A DNA stretch of 64,000 nucleotides from Callorhinchus milii (taxonomy: Eukaryota). The notes under the pieces are model-generated. The model was not told the DNA's origin and made no database searches. It was given only the letters and a program-made list of their open reading frames with translations. Below are positions 49,401 through 61,400 of this stretch, in pieces. How positions within the stretch are numbered: the first letter of the stretch is position 1; each line of letters starts with the position of its first letter. The translations under genes and the position numbers were made by a program. The stretch lies in the NCBI RefSeq assembly GCF_018977255.1, contig NW_024704743.1, positions 42,658,001-42,722,000 of the forward strand, in the 5' to 3' direction.

Positions 49401-52400
49401 AAATACAGCATTTGTACAGCTGAATTCAAAAATCTTAATTGTTAACTAAAACTTCCAATCCTTTACAAATGAACATGTTGCACTGTTGTGGTTAGTTGCT
49501 TATGGTGTTTTTTTTATACCTTGTGTGACAGATTTTTATCTGTGTGTCAGCCTGACTTAGTTGGTGGCACTCTTAATTCTGAGGCGCACGGTTGTGAGTC
49601 CCACTTTGGGACTTTGAATTCATAGCCTAGGCTGATACTCCAGTCAAGTGCTGGGGTCGCTCTGCATTGTTGCAAGCGCTGTCCTTCAGTGAGATATTAA
49701 ATAACCTGTCAATTGGGGTGGACATTAAAGATCCGATGACACTATTTGAAAATAAAAGGGAGATTTTCTCAATGTGCTGGCCAATAATCCCTCAGATAAA
49801 ATTGATCTATCACTTCATGGCTGGTTGTGGGATATTGCTGTTGCAAGTTGGCTGCCTGATCACCTGCAAAATACTTTACGGTATATCATGTGAAGTGTTT
49901 TGCATCGTGAAAGGCGCTATACCAAATATATCATTGTTATTATGATGATGAAATAATTATTTCTGGTATTCTTTAGAGTCATTATTCAATAAAGAAGGCT
50001 GCAGCAGTCCTTGGGATTGGAACAGACAATGTGATTCTGGTAAAATGTGATGAAAGGTATTGATAACTCTTGTTGAATAATATTGATTGAGCCCTTCAAA
50101 CCTCCTCTCTCCACAGTTCACTAAAACCAACCTGATCATGACTTTATCCCACCCACTCTGTCTCCTGGTGAGAAAAAGCAAAGAGACTCCCAGCACATAG
50201 GCAATCAAGCAAAATTGCTATCATATTCTTCCATGCCCACATCGCTGTATCTTTCAAACCTCGCCTCCTCTCCACAGACAGTATTCCCTCCCATGCTCTG
50301 CAACATAGGATAATGCTTTCATCTTCACCTATTTCTTCTTATGTAATATCAAGCAGACATTTATTGATGCAACGTCAATTACTTTTGTTTCTTGAATCTG
50401 CTCCATGTAGTCATCACTTCTCATAGAAAAATAAAGTGTTGTCCTGTTTGTTCCATTTTATACTTTCAACCAATGCTTTTCAGCCCTGGTCTGATTGCCT
50501 AAATCAAATTGCCTGTAATTATTTCCTAAACCTCGATCAAGCCATCCCTTTAATCTTTTATCTAACAAGTTGAGTTTGTGAGTCTCCTTATAACTTAAAG
50601 TGTTAAGTCCTGGAATTATCCTGCTTGCATGCTTTGGTTTTTATTTTAGCCAGCTAAGAGTTCTAAGATTTAAAAATAAATAATACGGATTTTTGACCAT
50701 TGAAAAATTGCTGCAAGTTCACACTTTCAGAGATGTTAATAACCACCAGTTTGAAAACTGTTTTTGTAATATTTTGTTTTTAACTTCATTGAATCTAAGA
50801 AAACAAACTATCTCAATTCTAAGTTTAAGTTGATATTAAAGATCCCATGACACTATTCAAAAATAGAAAAGACTTCTCTCTCCCCCCTCCCCAGCGTCCT
50901 GGCCAACAATCCTCCAGATAAACTGATCATTCACCTCAAGCCTGTTTTTAGAAAGTTACTGGTGTAAATGGTTGTGGCGTTTCCCTAAATTTGACAGTAA
51001 TTATTAGTGAAGCACTTTGAGACATTTTGCTGTGAAGATAGTATTAAAATGTAAGTTCTTCCTTTGCATGAACTGCCTATTGTGTAGCACTATTTTCTAA
51101 CCAAAAGGCAATCTACTCTTAGCCTTTCCCAATTCTCATCTTGAACCAGGTGAGTGGTGTTCCTACATGATATAAATTGACTCTAATTTCAATTCTCTCA
51201 CTGTTGGTAGGGAAGAAACTTATATTAGCTTGCTCTTAAACCCAAAATCAATAAATCATTGGTGCAGGGAACCAGCATCCTACCATTTCACAGAGTGTAA
51301 TGTTTTATTGAACATTGTAAATATGAACTGATTTAATTTGATTTTTTATATTTCTCTAATTATTTTCATAGAGGGAGCTTATTCCAGCTGAATTAGAAGC
51401 AAAAATTTGTGCAGCCCAACAGAAGGTTTGAGACTTTCATAAAGCCAGTCACTATACTATCTAGCGTTTAATCATGACAATACCTAAATTTAGTCTGTCA
51501 CTAATCATCAATAACTTGTATTTTCATTTTGCAAGGCAGAACAAAGGTAAGCAATATACTTCTAAATAAATCTCTTTCTTGTACCTCTTTACTTTTTTTA
51601 AAAAGGTTCTACTATCTGAGAGTTCTTCCTTTTTTGCTTTTGATGTCCAAATATGTGTTCTTTCACCTCGCTATGTACTCACTAAGTTGAGTTAAAGGTT
51701 CATCATACTGCTTAATTCATTCTTTCCCTGGACCTAACATAATTACCTGGTCTACAGAACATGACACTGGAGAGAGACTTGTAGGTACTTCTGGGTAGAT
51801 TGCGGATAGCATCAGATCATTGGTAAAGAGAACACATGGAATTTCAGCATTCATATATAAAGATATAGAGGATAAATCACAGGAAGTGATACCAAACTTG
51901 TGCTTGGCCTCAGTTGGAGTACCACAGACAATTCCAATCACTCTATTACTGTAGAACATTGTGTTGAATTTGCAGAATAGACAATCTGTCCTGGTCAACA
52001 ATTGTCCAAATCAAATTGATTAATTATCTTAAATAAAATTGATCATTTACTTCATGCCTGTTTGTGGGGTATTGTTGTGTGCCATTGAATATCCTGTGAA
52101 GCATTTTGATACATCCTCCTGATACGTCCTGAAAGATGCTACACCAAATGTAAATATTATTATTAATATTTTTAGTATGCTATCTTGTTTGATCTAAATC
52201 TCACTGAAGCAATCTTCTGATAAATCTCTTCCACTGGAGTTGCTTTTGCAATTGCAACATCCTCAATACGATTGCTTTAATTACTGAATATCTGAGATAC
52301 ATCAAGATTTACATGTTGATAACAGAAGCATACTTACACTAGCAGACGGTATTGTTTTTAAGATACTGTACATCCTACACATATACTTGTATAGAAAAAC

Positions 52401-55400
52401 AAGAGGGAATACATTTTATTGGAACAGATAAGGAGAAGATTAAAAGAATCTTTCATGCAGAAAGTCATTAGAACATGGAAGAAATGCTTTGCCACATTTG
52501 GTTATTGAAGCTGAGACAGTAACAGTTATTATAAAGCAATTGGATAAATATCTGAGGAGAAAGAATACAAAGAAAAGTGGGGAATTGTGATTAGAATAGT
52601 GATCCCCAGTTCAGGATCTCAGCTCAAACCTTCTCCTTCTGACTGAAAATGTATTGTTCAATATAAAAGGAGTTCTATTATTTTTATTTTTCAGGGCTTT
52701 GTTCCATTTTATGTGAATGCCACAGCTGGAACCACTGTGTATGGGGCATTTGACCCCCTAAGCGAGATTGCTGACCTCTGTGAAAAGTACAGCCTTTGGA
52801 TGCATGTCGATGTAAGGATTATTAAGTGGGAATGAAACAAAACAAATGTTTACATCATGACACTTTTATTATTGACTATTAAAAAACACAGAGTTATCAG
52901 TGTATAACAGAGGCCATAACAACAACATTAAAAACCTTTGAAGCTATCAAGGTGGTTGGTAATCACCAAAGAATAGAAAACAATTCTCCTAGTCAAAATG
53001 GTCACATCAGATGGCTTATTAAGTCTTAGAATTAAAATAAATCATTAGCCATCTCTTTCTATGCCAGAGCCTTGAAACCACAGAGGGCATTAGTATAAAT
53101 GCCTGATAATAATCCCTCAAGAAAAAAACAATAATAAATTGATCACTTCAATCCATGACTGTTTGTGTGACACTGCTGTGCGCAATTGGCTGCTGCATTT
53201 TGCCCACAAATATACAGTCAATTCACTTTACAGTCTATCCTGAGACGTCTAGAAGACGTGGAAAGTGCTATATAAAATGCAAGGATTATTATTATTAATT
53301 AGTTTGCTAGGACAACTTGCATTTATATAGCACCCCTCATGCAGAGTAGCGTCCCATAGCTACAGTACTTCTTTAAGCGCTTTGAGGAGTCCTCCCGACT
53401 TGAAAGGTGCTATCTAAATATAAACTGTGTCGTATAGTATGCAATGCAGTACTCAATTTCAATAGCTTGTGACAAACTAGCAGTGATAATTCTAGTGATT
53501 CCCTTTGTAGAAACTCACTGAGCTCCAAAATTAAAGTAGCAATGTCTTCTTTAAACAGGCAGCCTGGGGAGGTGGGCTCTTGATGTCACGGAAACACTGC
53601 TATAAGATGAAGGGTATTGAAAGGTACATCTCTGCTTTTGTGTATCAGTGTAGATGTTAGTCACTTAGAATAACAATTCCTGCAGAAAATTCTACTCTTT
53701 GCATGTCATTTTACTGTTCTCTCTGCCAGGGCCAACTCTGTTACTTGGAATCCACACAAAATAATGGGCATTCCACTGCAGTGTTCAGCAATCCTCATCC
53801 AAGAAAAGGTATGTGGGTAAATAAATTTGGCAAATAAAGTGATTATCAAAATGATTATAAGCCTTGTGATATAACTGCAAGTCTCAATGTTTCCTCAGTT
53901 CAACACGATTTCTAATTTCTTCTCACAAATCGTCATTTATGAAAACAGAACAGGAATTGGACATGTGTTTCACTGCAAGTTCAATTTGACAAATAACAAG
54001 GCATTTCTGCTTCCCCCAAATGTAATAATTAAAATTGCGATCTGATGTGTTTCAGGTAATGCCAATAATTAGTGTCAATAACCGCCAGAGGCCATAAAAC
54101 AAGTGTTACATGTTGAATTTTCAATTTTCTCTATCTTTCCTATGAATGTGCTAACTGATAACAAACATTATGTGTCAGGTCACTCTAAGTGAGCAGAACC
54201 ACGAGTCCCTCATTTTGCAGTTCCCAATGTACAACAAAAACAACTTGCACTTATATGGACTCACGATGACTACCGTACTCTGCTTCCCCGTGACCCAAGC
54301 AGCGTGCTGACCATGCTATGCTGCCCACCCCCAGTCCGCTCTTTAGTCTCTCCCGGCTCTTTGAAAGAGCTATCCAACTATTTCCTCTCCCCTGCTCTTA
54401 CCCATAACCATGTAATTGTTTTCCTTTTCAAGTACCTATCCAATTCCCTTTTGAAAGCTACTATCGAATCTGTTTCCACCACCCTTTAAGGCAATGCTTT
54501 CCCTGAGTAAAAAAAAATCTCCTCTGTTTCTTTTCCCAATTATCAGTGGAAACAGTTTCTCCCTATCTATTCTATCAAAACCCTTCATAATTTTGAACCT
54601 CTATTAAATCTCCCCTCAACTTTCTCGGCTCCAAGGAGAACAATCCCAGCCTCTTTAATCTCCGGTATCATTCTTGTAAATTGTCTCTGCACCCTCTCCA
54701 AGGCCCTGACATCCTTCCTAACATGTGATGCCCAGAATTGGACACAATACTCCAGCTGAGGCCTATCCAATGATTTATAAAGATTTAGCATAACTTCTCT
54801 GGTTTTGTACTCTGTACCTCTATTTATAAAGCCAAGGATTGCATGTGCTTTTTTAACAGCTTTGTCAACTTGTCGTGCCACCTTCAAAGATTTGCTTATG
54901 TGCTCAGGTCTTCCGTTCCTCCACCCCCTTGAAAGTTGTATCATTTATTTTATATTGCCTATCCTCATTCCTCCTCCCAAAATGCATCATTTTACACTTC
55001 TCTGCAATAAATTTCATCTGCCACGTCTGCCCATTTCACCAGACTGTCTATGTCCCACTGCAGTCTGCTGCCAACCTCCTCGCTGTTTACTATGATTACA
55101 GGCTTCGTGTCATCTGCAAACTTTAAAATTTTGCTCCCTATACCCAATCCAGGCCATTAATATATGTTAAAAAGAGCAGAGGTCCTAATATCAACCCCTG
55201 GGGGATACCACTGTCTACCTCCTTTCAGTCTGAAAAATAACAGTTCAGCACTACCTTTCTGTCTCCCAGCCAATTTCAGAACCATGCTGCCACTGTTCCT
55301 TTAATCCCAAGCACTTCAATTTTGCTAACAAGTCTATTATGTGGCACTTTATCAAATGGCTTTTGACGTCTTCCTCCCAAATTTGATATATTTTATAAAT

Positions 55401-58400
55401 TTGGTCCTGTGTCATTATAAGTAACACAAGTATTATTTATTTACTTATTTTGCCATTTTTCTCATTCATTTTTCTCTCACTGCTCCACCTCTCCTGAAGT
55501 CATTTTGATTTATTTTTCCTATCAATGAGGTAAAGTGCTCTCCTGTTTCTTGCCAACATTCACAATGTGACATTGTGGAGTCCTGAAGCTCAGTGGTTAG
55601 AGCACTCGTTTTGCAAGCGAGAGATCTGGGTTCGATTATCCCCGGCAGAATGAAATCTTGGACAAGTTTCCTTACTGCACACGCCTGATCATAATCCCTC
55701 AAGAACAAAAAACAACAATAAATTGGTCACTTCAATCCACAACTGTTTGTGGGACACTGCTGTGCGCAATTGGCTGCCGCATTTCGCCCACAAATATAGT
55801 CAATTCACTTTACAGTTTATTCTGTGAAGCTCTTTGAGACGTCGAGAAGACATGAAAAGCGCTATATCAAATGCAAGGATTATTATAATGTGTACCTGAC
55901 AGGCCAATCAACTATGTGGAACATCATGGTGTTTATTTCTGTCCTTACCCGATGTTCACACGCACATCTTCCAGCAGAATTCTTCATAGTGATTGGAAAT
56001 ATGGAAGCTGGTTGATTTCCCTATCCATAATGCAGACACTCAGGCCAATTGTTATTATTAATATCTCAGGATACAGTAAATAGTTTCGGACATGACATGT
56101 CATGCGACTGCCAGGATGGTGGAAGGTGAACTGGATGGACCTTGTCTTCTTTCGTCTAGCAATTCTATGTTCTTATGTAGCCCCAACTGCTGCTCAGACT
56201 GAGACCAGCTGAGTCAGCACAGACTGCCATTCTACAGCGATCTAGCATCTGGTGGTGTAACAGACCATCAGGGGAGCTGTACTAATGCAATTTTATAGAC
56301 ATAATCACATTTTATGTTTAAAACACAATGTTATTGATAAGTTAAAATTGCATTCCTGCTGTTATGAGCCCATAAGTTCACATCAACAAATTCATTGAAA
56401 GGAGTGGACTAAGTGCAAGCTAACCAGACCGTAGCCTGTCACAAAGCTTGATTAAGCCTTGTTTTACACTGAATAGATATTAATAGTAATAAGCGAAAAC
56501 AGAGACATAGTAGACCGGTGGTAATAGAAATGTTTTTTCTTTAAATTATGTTTAATGTTTTTCATTTAACTTTGGTTTCATTGGTGTACAGTTTCTATTG
56601 CATAAGTGGGGTTATTCTGCATTCTATATATGTTTACTGTTCCACTTACCCTCACCCCTCTCTAATCTCAACCCACAGCTCGGGTGCAAATCCCTCATTG
56701 TCCAGCGACTCGGGATGTCCTCTCGACTTGATAAGCACTCTATAAATGCAATTTTGTTGTTGTTCATTTTATAATCCTATGATTTTTGACAGGGTCTACT
56801 TCAGGGTTGTAATAAAATGTCTGCAGAGTACCTGTTTCAAACTGACAAGCAATATAACATGTCGTATGACACAGGGGATAAAACAATTCAGTGCGGCCGT
56901 CACGTGGATGTCTTCAAGTTCTGGCTGATGTGGAAAGCAAAGGTAACAAAGAGAGAATAGCCCAAAATGAACAGGATCGTGTTTGTTGAATTGTTTTCTA
57001 TGAACAAAACTGAAATGCCATACTCAGGTCTTGACCAATACCATTTTCTTCCATCTCCAGAATATCACCATGGCTCTGTCACATTGAGGTTTGACTTCTC
57101 CAATGATCTTGTCACTCTCTTCTCTAGCTCCATACTGCACAAGCTACAGCTCATCAAAATCTCTGCAGTTCACATCCTCTCTGACCAACAGACTGTGCAT
57201 ATTATCCCCATCCTCAAAGGTCCTTTGTCTCCCACTATCCCTGAAGATTAACTTTAAGATACTCATCTAGAGCTTTAAGTCTCTTCACAGTCTTGCCCTT
57301 TCTTAGCTAGAACTTCTCATCTTGTGCTATTCTTGCAAATATGCTCTCTGACTCATTCCTCATTCCCTCCAAGTCACCATTGGTAACCAAGTCTTCAGCC
57401 ATTATGTCTCGGTTCTCTGGAATTCTTCCAAAGTGCTTTCACATTGCTGTTCTCTCCCTTCCTTCAAAATCTTTTTACCTTTCAGCACTCTGAGACGCTA
57501 CACCCACGTGAAGGGCGCTTTATAAATACGAGTTATTTTTGTGGTTATTGTTTAGTTAACACCCTTAACTTCTACTTCCTCTCCGCCCTTCGTGATGGTA
57601 CTTGTTATTTAACTAAAGTGCTTCATGATATTAATCCTACCCGAAAGGTATTATATAAGTTCACATCATTGTCATTGTAAAGATCTTTGACTTTCATAGC
57701 GCATTAATCTTCCTTGAAATCATTGCTTTAATAATTGCGCAAAGATTCAACATTGCAATGTGGCAGAAATCTCATTTGCATGTTAGCAGCATAGAACAGG
57801 AACAGACCATTTGGCCCTTTGAGACTGCTTCACTATATTTCAGATCATGACAGCTCTTTAAATTTTTAAACTTGTTTCCTTATTCTCTTTCTCCATTTCC
57901 CATGAAAGGTTCTGGCAGCATCAACCTCCATGGTTGCACACTACAACTCATCAAGCTAGTCAGGAACCTAGGTGTCTTGTTCGACCCTCAATTGTCTTTT
58001 CTTCCCCGCATCCGAGCCATGACCTGCTCTGACTTCTCTCACCTCCGTAACATCTCCGCCACTACCTCACCCCTCAGGCCACTGAAACTCTTGTTCATGC
58101 CTTAATCACCTCCAGGCTCGACTATGAAAATGCTCTGCTTGTTGGTCTTCCCAACTCCCCCCTCCACAGGCTCCAGAACTCTGCAGACCGTATCCTCTCC
58201 CGCACCAAACTCCGTGACCCCATCTCCCCCATTCTCACCTGACTCCATTGGCTCCCTATGCTTCAGAGGATCCAGTTCAAGATCCTGGTCCTCACCTACA
58301 AAGTCCTCCATGGCCTCGCCCCTCCCTACCTCTGTGACATCCTAACCCCCTATCAACCCGCCCACTCCCTCCGCTCAGCCGGCTCTGGCCTGCTCCACGT

Positions 58401-61400
58401 CCCCCGACCCATCCACCCCACCATTGGCGGGAGAGCTTTCAGCCACTCTGACCCCAATCTCTGGAATTCCATTCCCTAGTCACTCCGGTTCGCCCCCTCC
58501 TTAGCCTACTTCAAGTCCCGCCTCAAGATCCTCCTCTTTGACCATGCTATCGGCCACCCCCGTTCCCCTCCCCTCTCTTCTCCCCCCTGACCCCAGCTCG
58601 GGTCTGAAATGCTGTACACCATCCAGCGCCTTGGGACGTCCTCCCGACGTGAAAGGCGCTATACAAATGTAATCTTGTTGTTGTTATACTGGGAAGCGAG
58701 TAAATGTGGAAACAGCCCTGGATTTCAGGGGAGCAAGAGAGTTGAATTTTGCAGAGAGACAATCGTTTAGCAGCTTAATGGCTGCATCAGGATTGCTGCA
58801 GTTGGAAGGCAGTGGGAGAAGAGGTCTGAGGGAAAAAGGGCATTTGTTAGGGACTGGAGTCGGGGGGAAGCTTTTGCTAATGATGAAAAAAAATGATGGA
58901 GGTCTTGGAGGAGGGGATGCGGGAGGAGAGGGAGATAAGGAAATGGTCAGAAGATGGCCTTATCTGTGATGGACAGTTTGGAGATATCAATGCCAAGAAT
59001 GATCATGAGATTGAGGGGGAGGCCACAGTTGTGGGTTGGGGAGTTTATATGGAGGATTAGATTTATGGAGGAGAGGAGGGCAGCAAAGTCAAAGGAGCCA
59101 CATCGGTTTGGGCGAGTGATGTGCTGGAAAGTGTAGCCGGGGGGAAGGCGTTGATCAGGGGGATGGAGCAACGGGGGACTGACAGGTTTTGGAGGACTCA
59201 GAGGTGAGAACGCTACTCATCACATCATTAAAAAATTTGGTTAAGGTCTAATTGAGTCACAGATTTATCTTTGTGTTTTAGATTTACGTTAGAATGCAAA
59301 TGTCCGCCATGTTAACTGTGATCAATATCTGCCAAATCAAAATACAATTAAGACAGGTGTCCTCTTGGAGATGGACAAATAACTAGCCTGAGAAATCCAA
59401 ATAAGCATCCCAGAGTTTGCTATCAGCTTTATTTTATGGTGTGTGTCAAGGAGTAGCTACTGAGTACATTCATCAGCAGAAGGTTGTGACAGAGAATTTA
59501 CACCAAATCACTATACTGGACTTTGGGATGTTCAATATTTAAACACAGGTTTAGTTTGCAAATTTTTAGTCAGCTGATAAACCATTCCATATTCAAGAAA
59601 CAAGGAAAAAGGAATTAATAATAATAATAATCCTTGCATTTGACATAGCACTTTTCACGTCTTCTCGACGTCTCAAAGTGCTTCACAGAATATCTGTGAA
59701 GTGAATTGACTGTATATTTGTGGGCGAAATGCGTCAGCCAATTGCGCACAGCAATGTTCCACAAACAGTCGTGGATTGAAAATGACCAATTTATTATTGT
59801 TTTTTTTTTGGAGGGATTATTATTAGGCGTGTGGAGTAAGGAAACTTGCCCAAGGTTTCGCCCTGACTGGGATTGAACCCAGGTGTCTCGCTTGTAAGGC
59901 GAGTGCTCTAACCACTGAGCTACAAGAGGTAAAGTTTGCGATATTCCAAAACTCTGCATACATATATATTATATATATATATGTGGGGGACGTGAATCAG
60001 ATCGGAGCCTGCTGAGCAGAGGGAGAGGGCAGGTTTGTAAGGGGTTAGGAGGTCGCAGAGGTAGGGGGGAGCAAGGCCATGGAGGGCTTTGACGGTAAGG
60101 ACCAGGATCTTGAACTGCATGTTCTGTGTGATGAGAAGCCATAGGAGTTGGACGAGGGTGGAGTTGATAGGGACACGGAGTCTGGTGCAGGAGAGGACAT
60201 GGGCTGCAGAGTTCTGGATGATCTGCAAAAGAGTTTGCATAGTCAAACGCGAATGTTATGAATGCGTGTATGAGGGTCTCGACGGCCTTTGGTGTGAGAC
60301 AGTGGTGGAGCCAAGCGATGTTGCAGAGGTGGTATTGAATACCAGAAGACTAAACCCAGTGTGATTCATGAGCATTGTACTTCAGTGAGTCACTGGATGT
60401 GCGGTATAAATACAGCATGCAATTAGTGAGCTATATACAAGTTTATTTGAATTATTACCAGGTTAGAAGATGTCATGTGTTATGTCTGTTGATCATTTAT
60501 CTTTCTTGCTATACACCTTTTAGGGCACGCTGGGGTTTGAGAAACAAATCAACAGATGTCTGGAACTTGCAGATTATCTCCACAGCAAACTCAAATGCAG
60601 AGCTGACTTTAAACTAGTCTTTGAAGAAAAGGTAGGTTTCTGAGCTGTCTGTAAGTGATCGAATGTATTGTGACATTGGCTTTTCTCCTTTGGTGAACTG
60701 GGTTTTGACGTAGTTCAGAAACAGAGAGACAGAAGTCCAAAATGTGCACTACCTTTGCTCTAAAACATTCATCTTAATATTTAAGAAAATGCAGAATTTT
60801 AAAAAATGTTAGAACTGCAGAAAAACAGCTTGTAATTTAAGGTTGAATTTTATGAAAATAATCCGTAATCTTACTTTTGAAAGCAATAGTCTACGTCTAA
60901 TATCACGAGGGATTTCTTGGCCTCAGTGGGTGGGCAGATTCATCTTCTCAATTCTCATTGCTTTTTTTCTGGAAGTGGTAACTACTGGAAGTCTACCCAA
61001 TGTGTGACATCAGGCTTAATTCTCTGAGGTCAGATTTCAGCCCATTTCAGTTCTGATCCAGTCTCATTTGAAATTACAAGTAGGGTATCAGGCTGATCTG
61101 CAATAATGAAATGAGCTGTGGATTTGTTCCAGATTCTGCTGAGCATGAATTCACAAGCAGTATCGCTTTCGTGTCATACTTTTATCAGAATACAGAGTTT
61201 GGAGGGCGAGGTTTGTCAGGTGCAGTAGAGATGTGCTTGCTCTTGTTAAACCGTCCAAATATATACGAGCAGGCAAAGCTCGTATAAACTCTGACAGTCA
61301 ATGATCCTTATGCCAAGCACATCCTCGGGAACTGAGCTGTTGGTCTAATAAAAGAATAACTCTATTCTTCTCATTATGTTGCGTTGGTTCTCACCAATTC

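Noticed and set aside
51527..51552. Extra small exon (aag|gcagaacaaag|gtaagc) that might repair the frameshift
   Set aside because: It lies downstream of the premature stop at 51394-51396, so it cannot rescue the frame, and it has no GAD homology.
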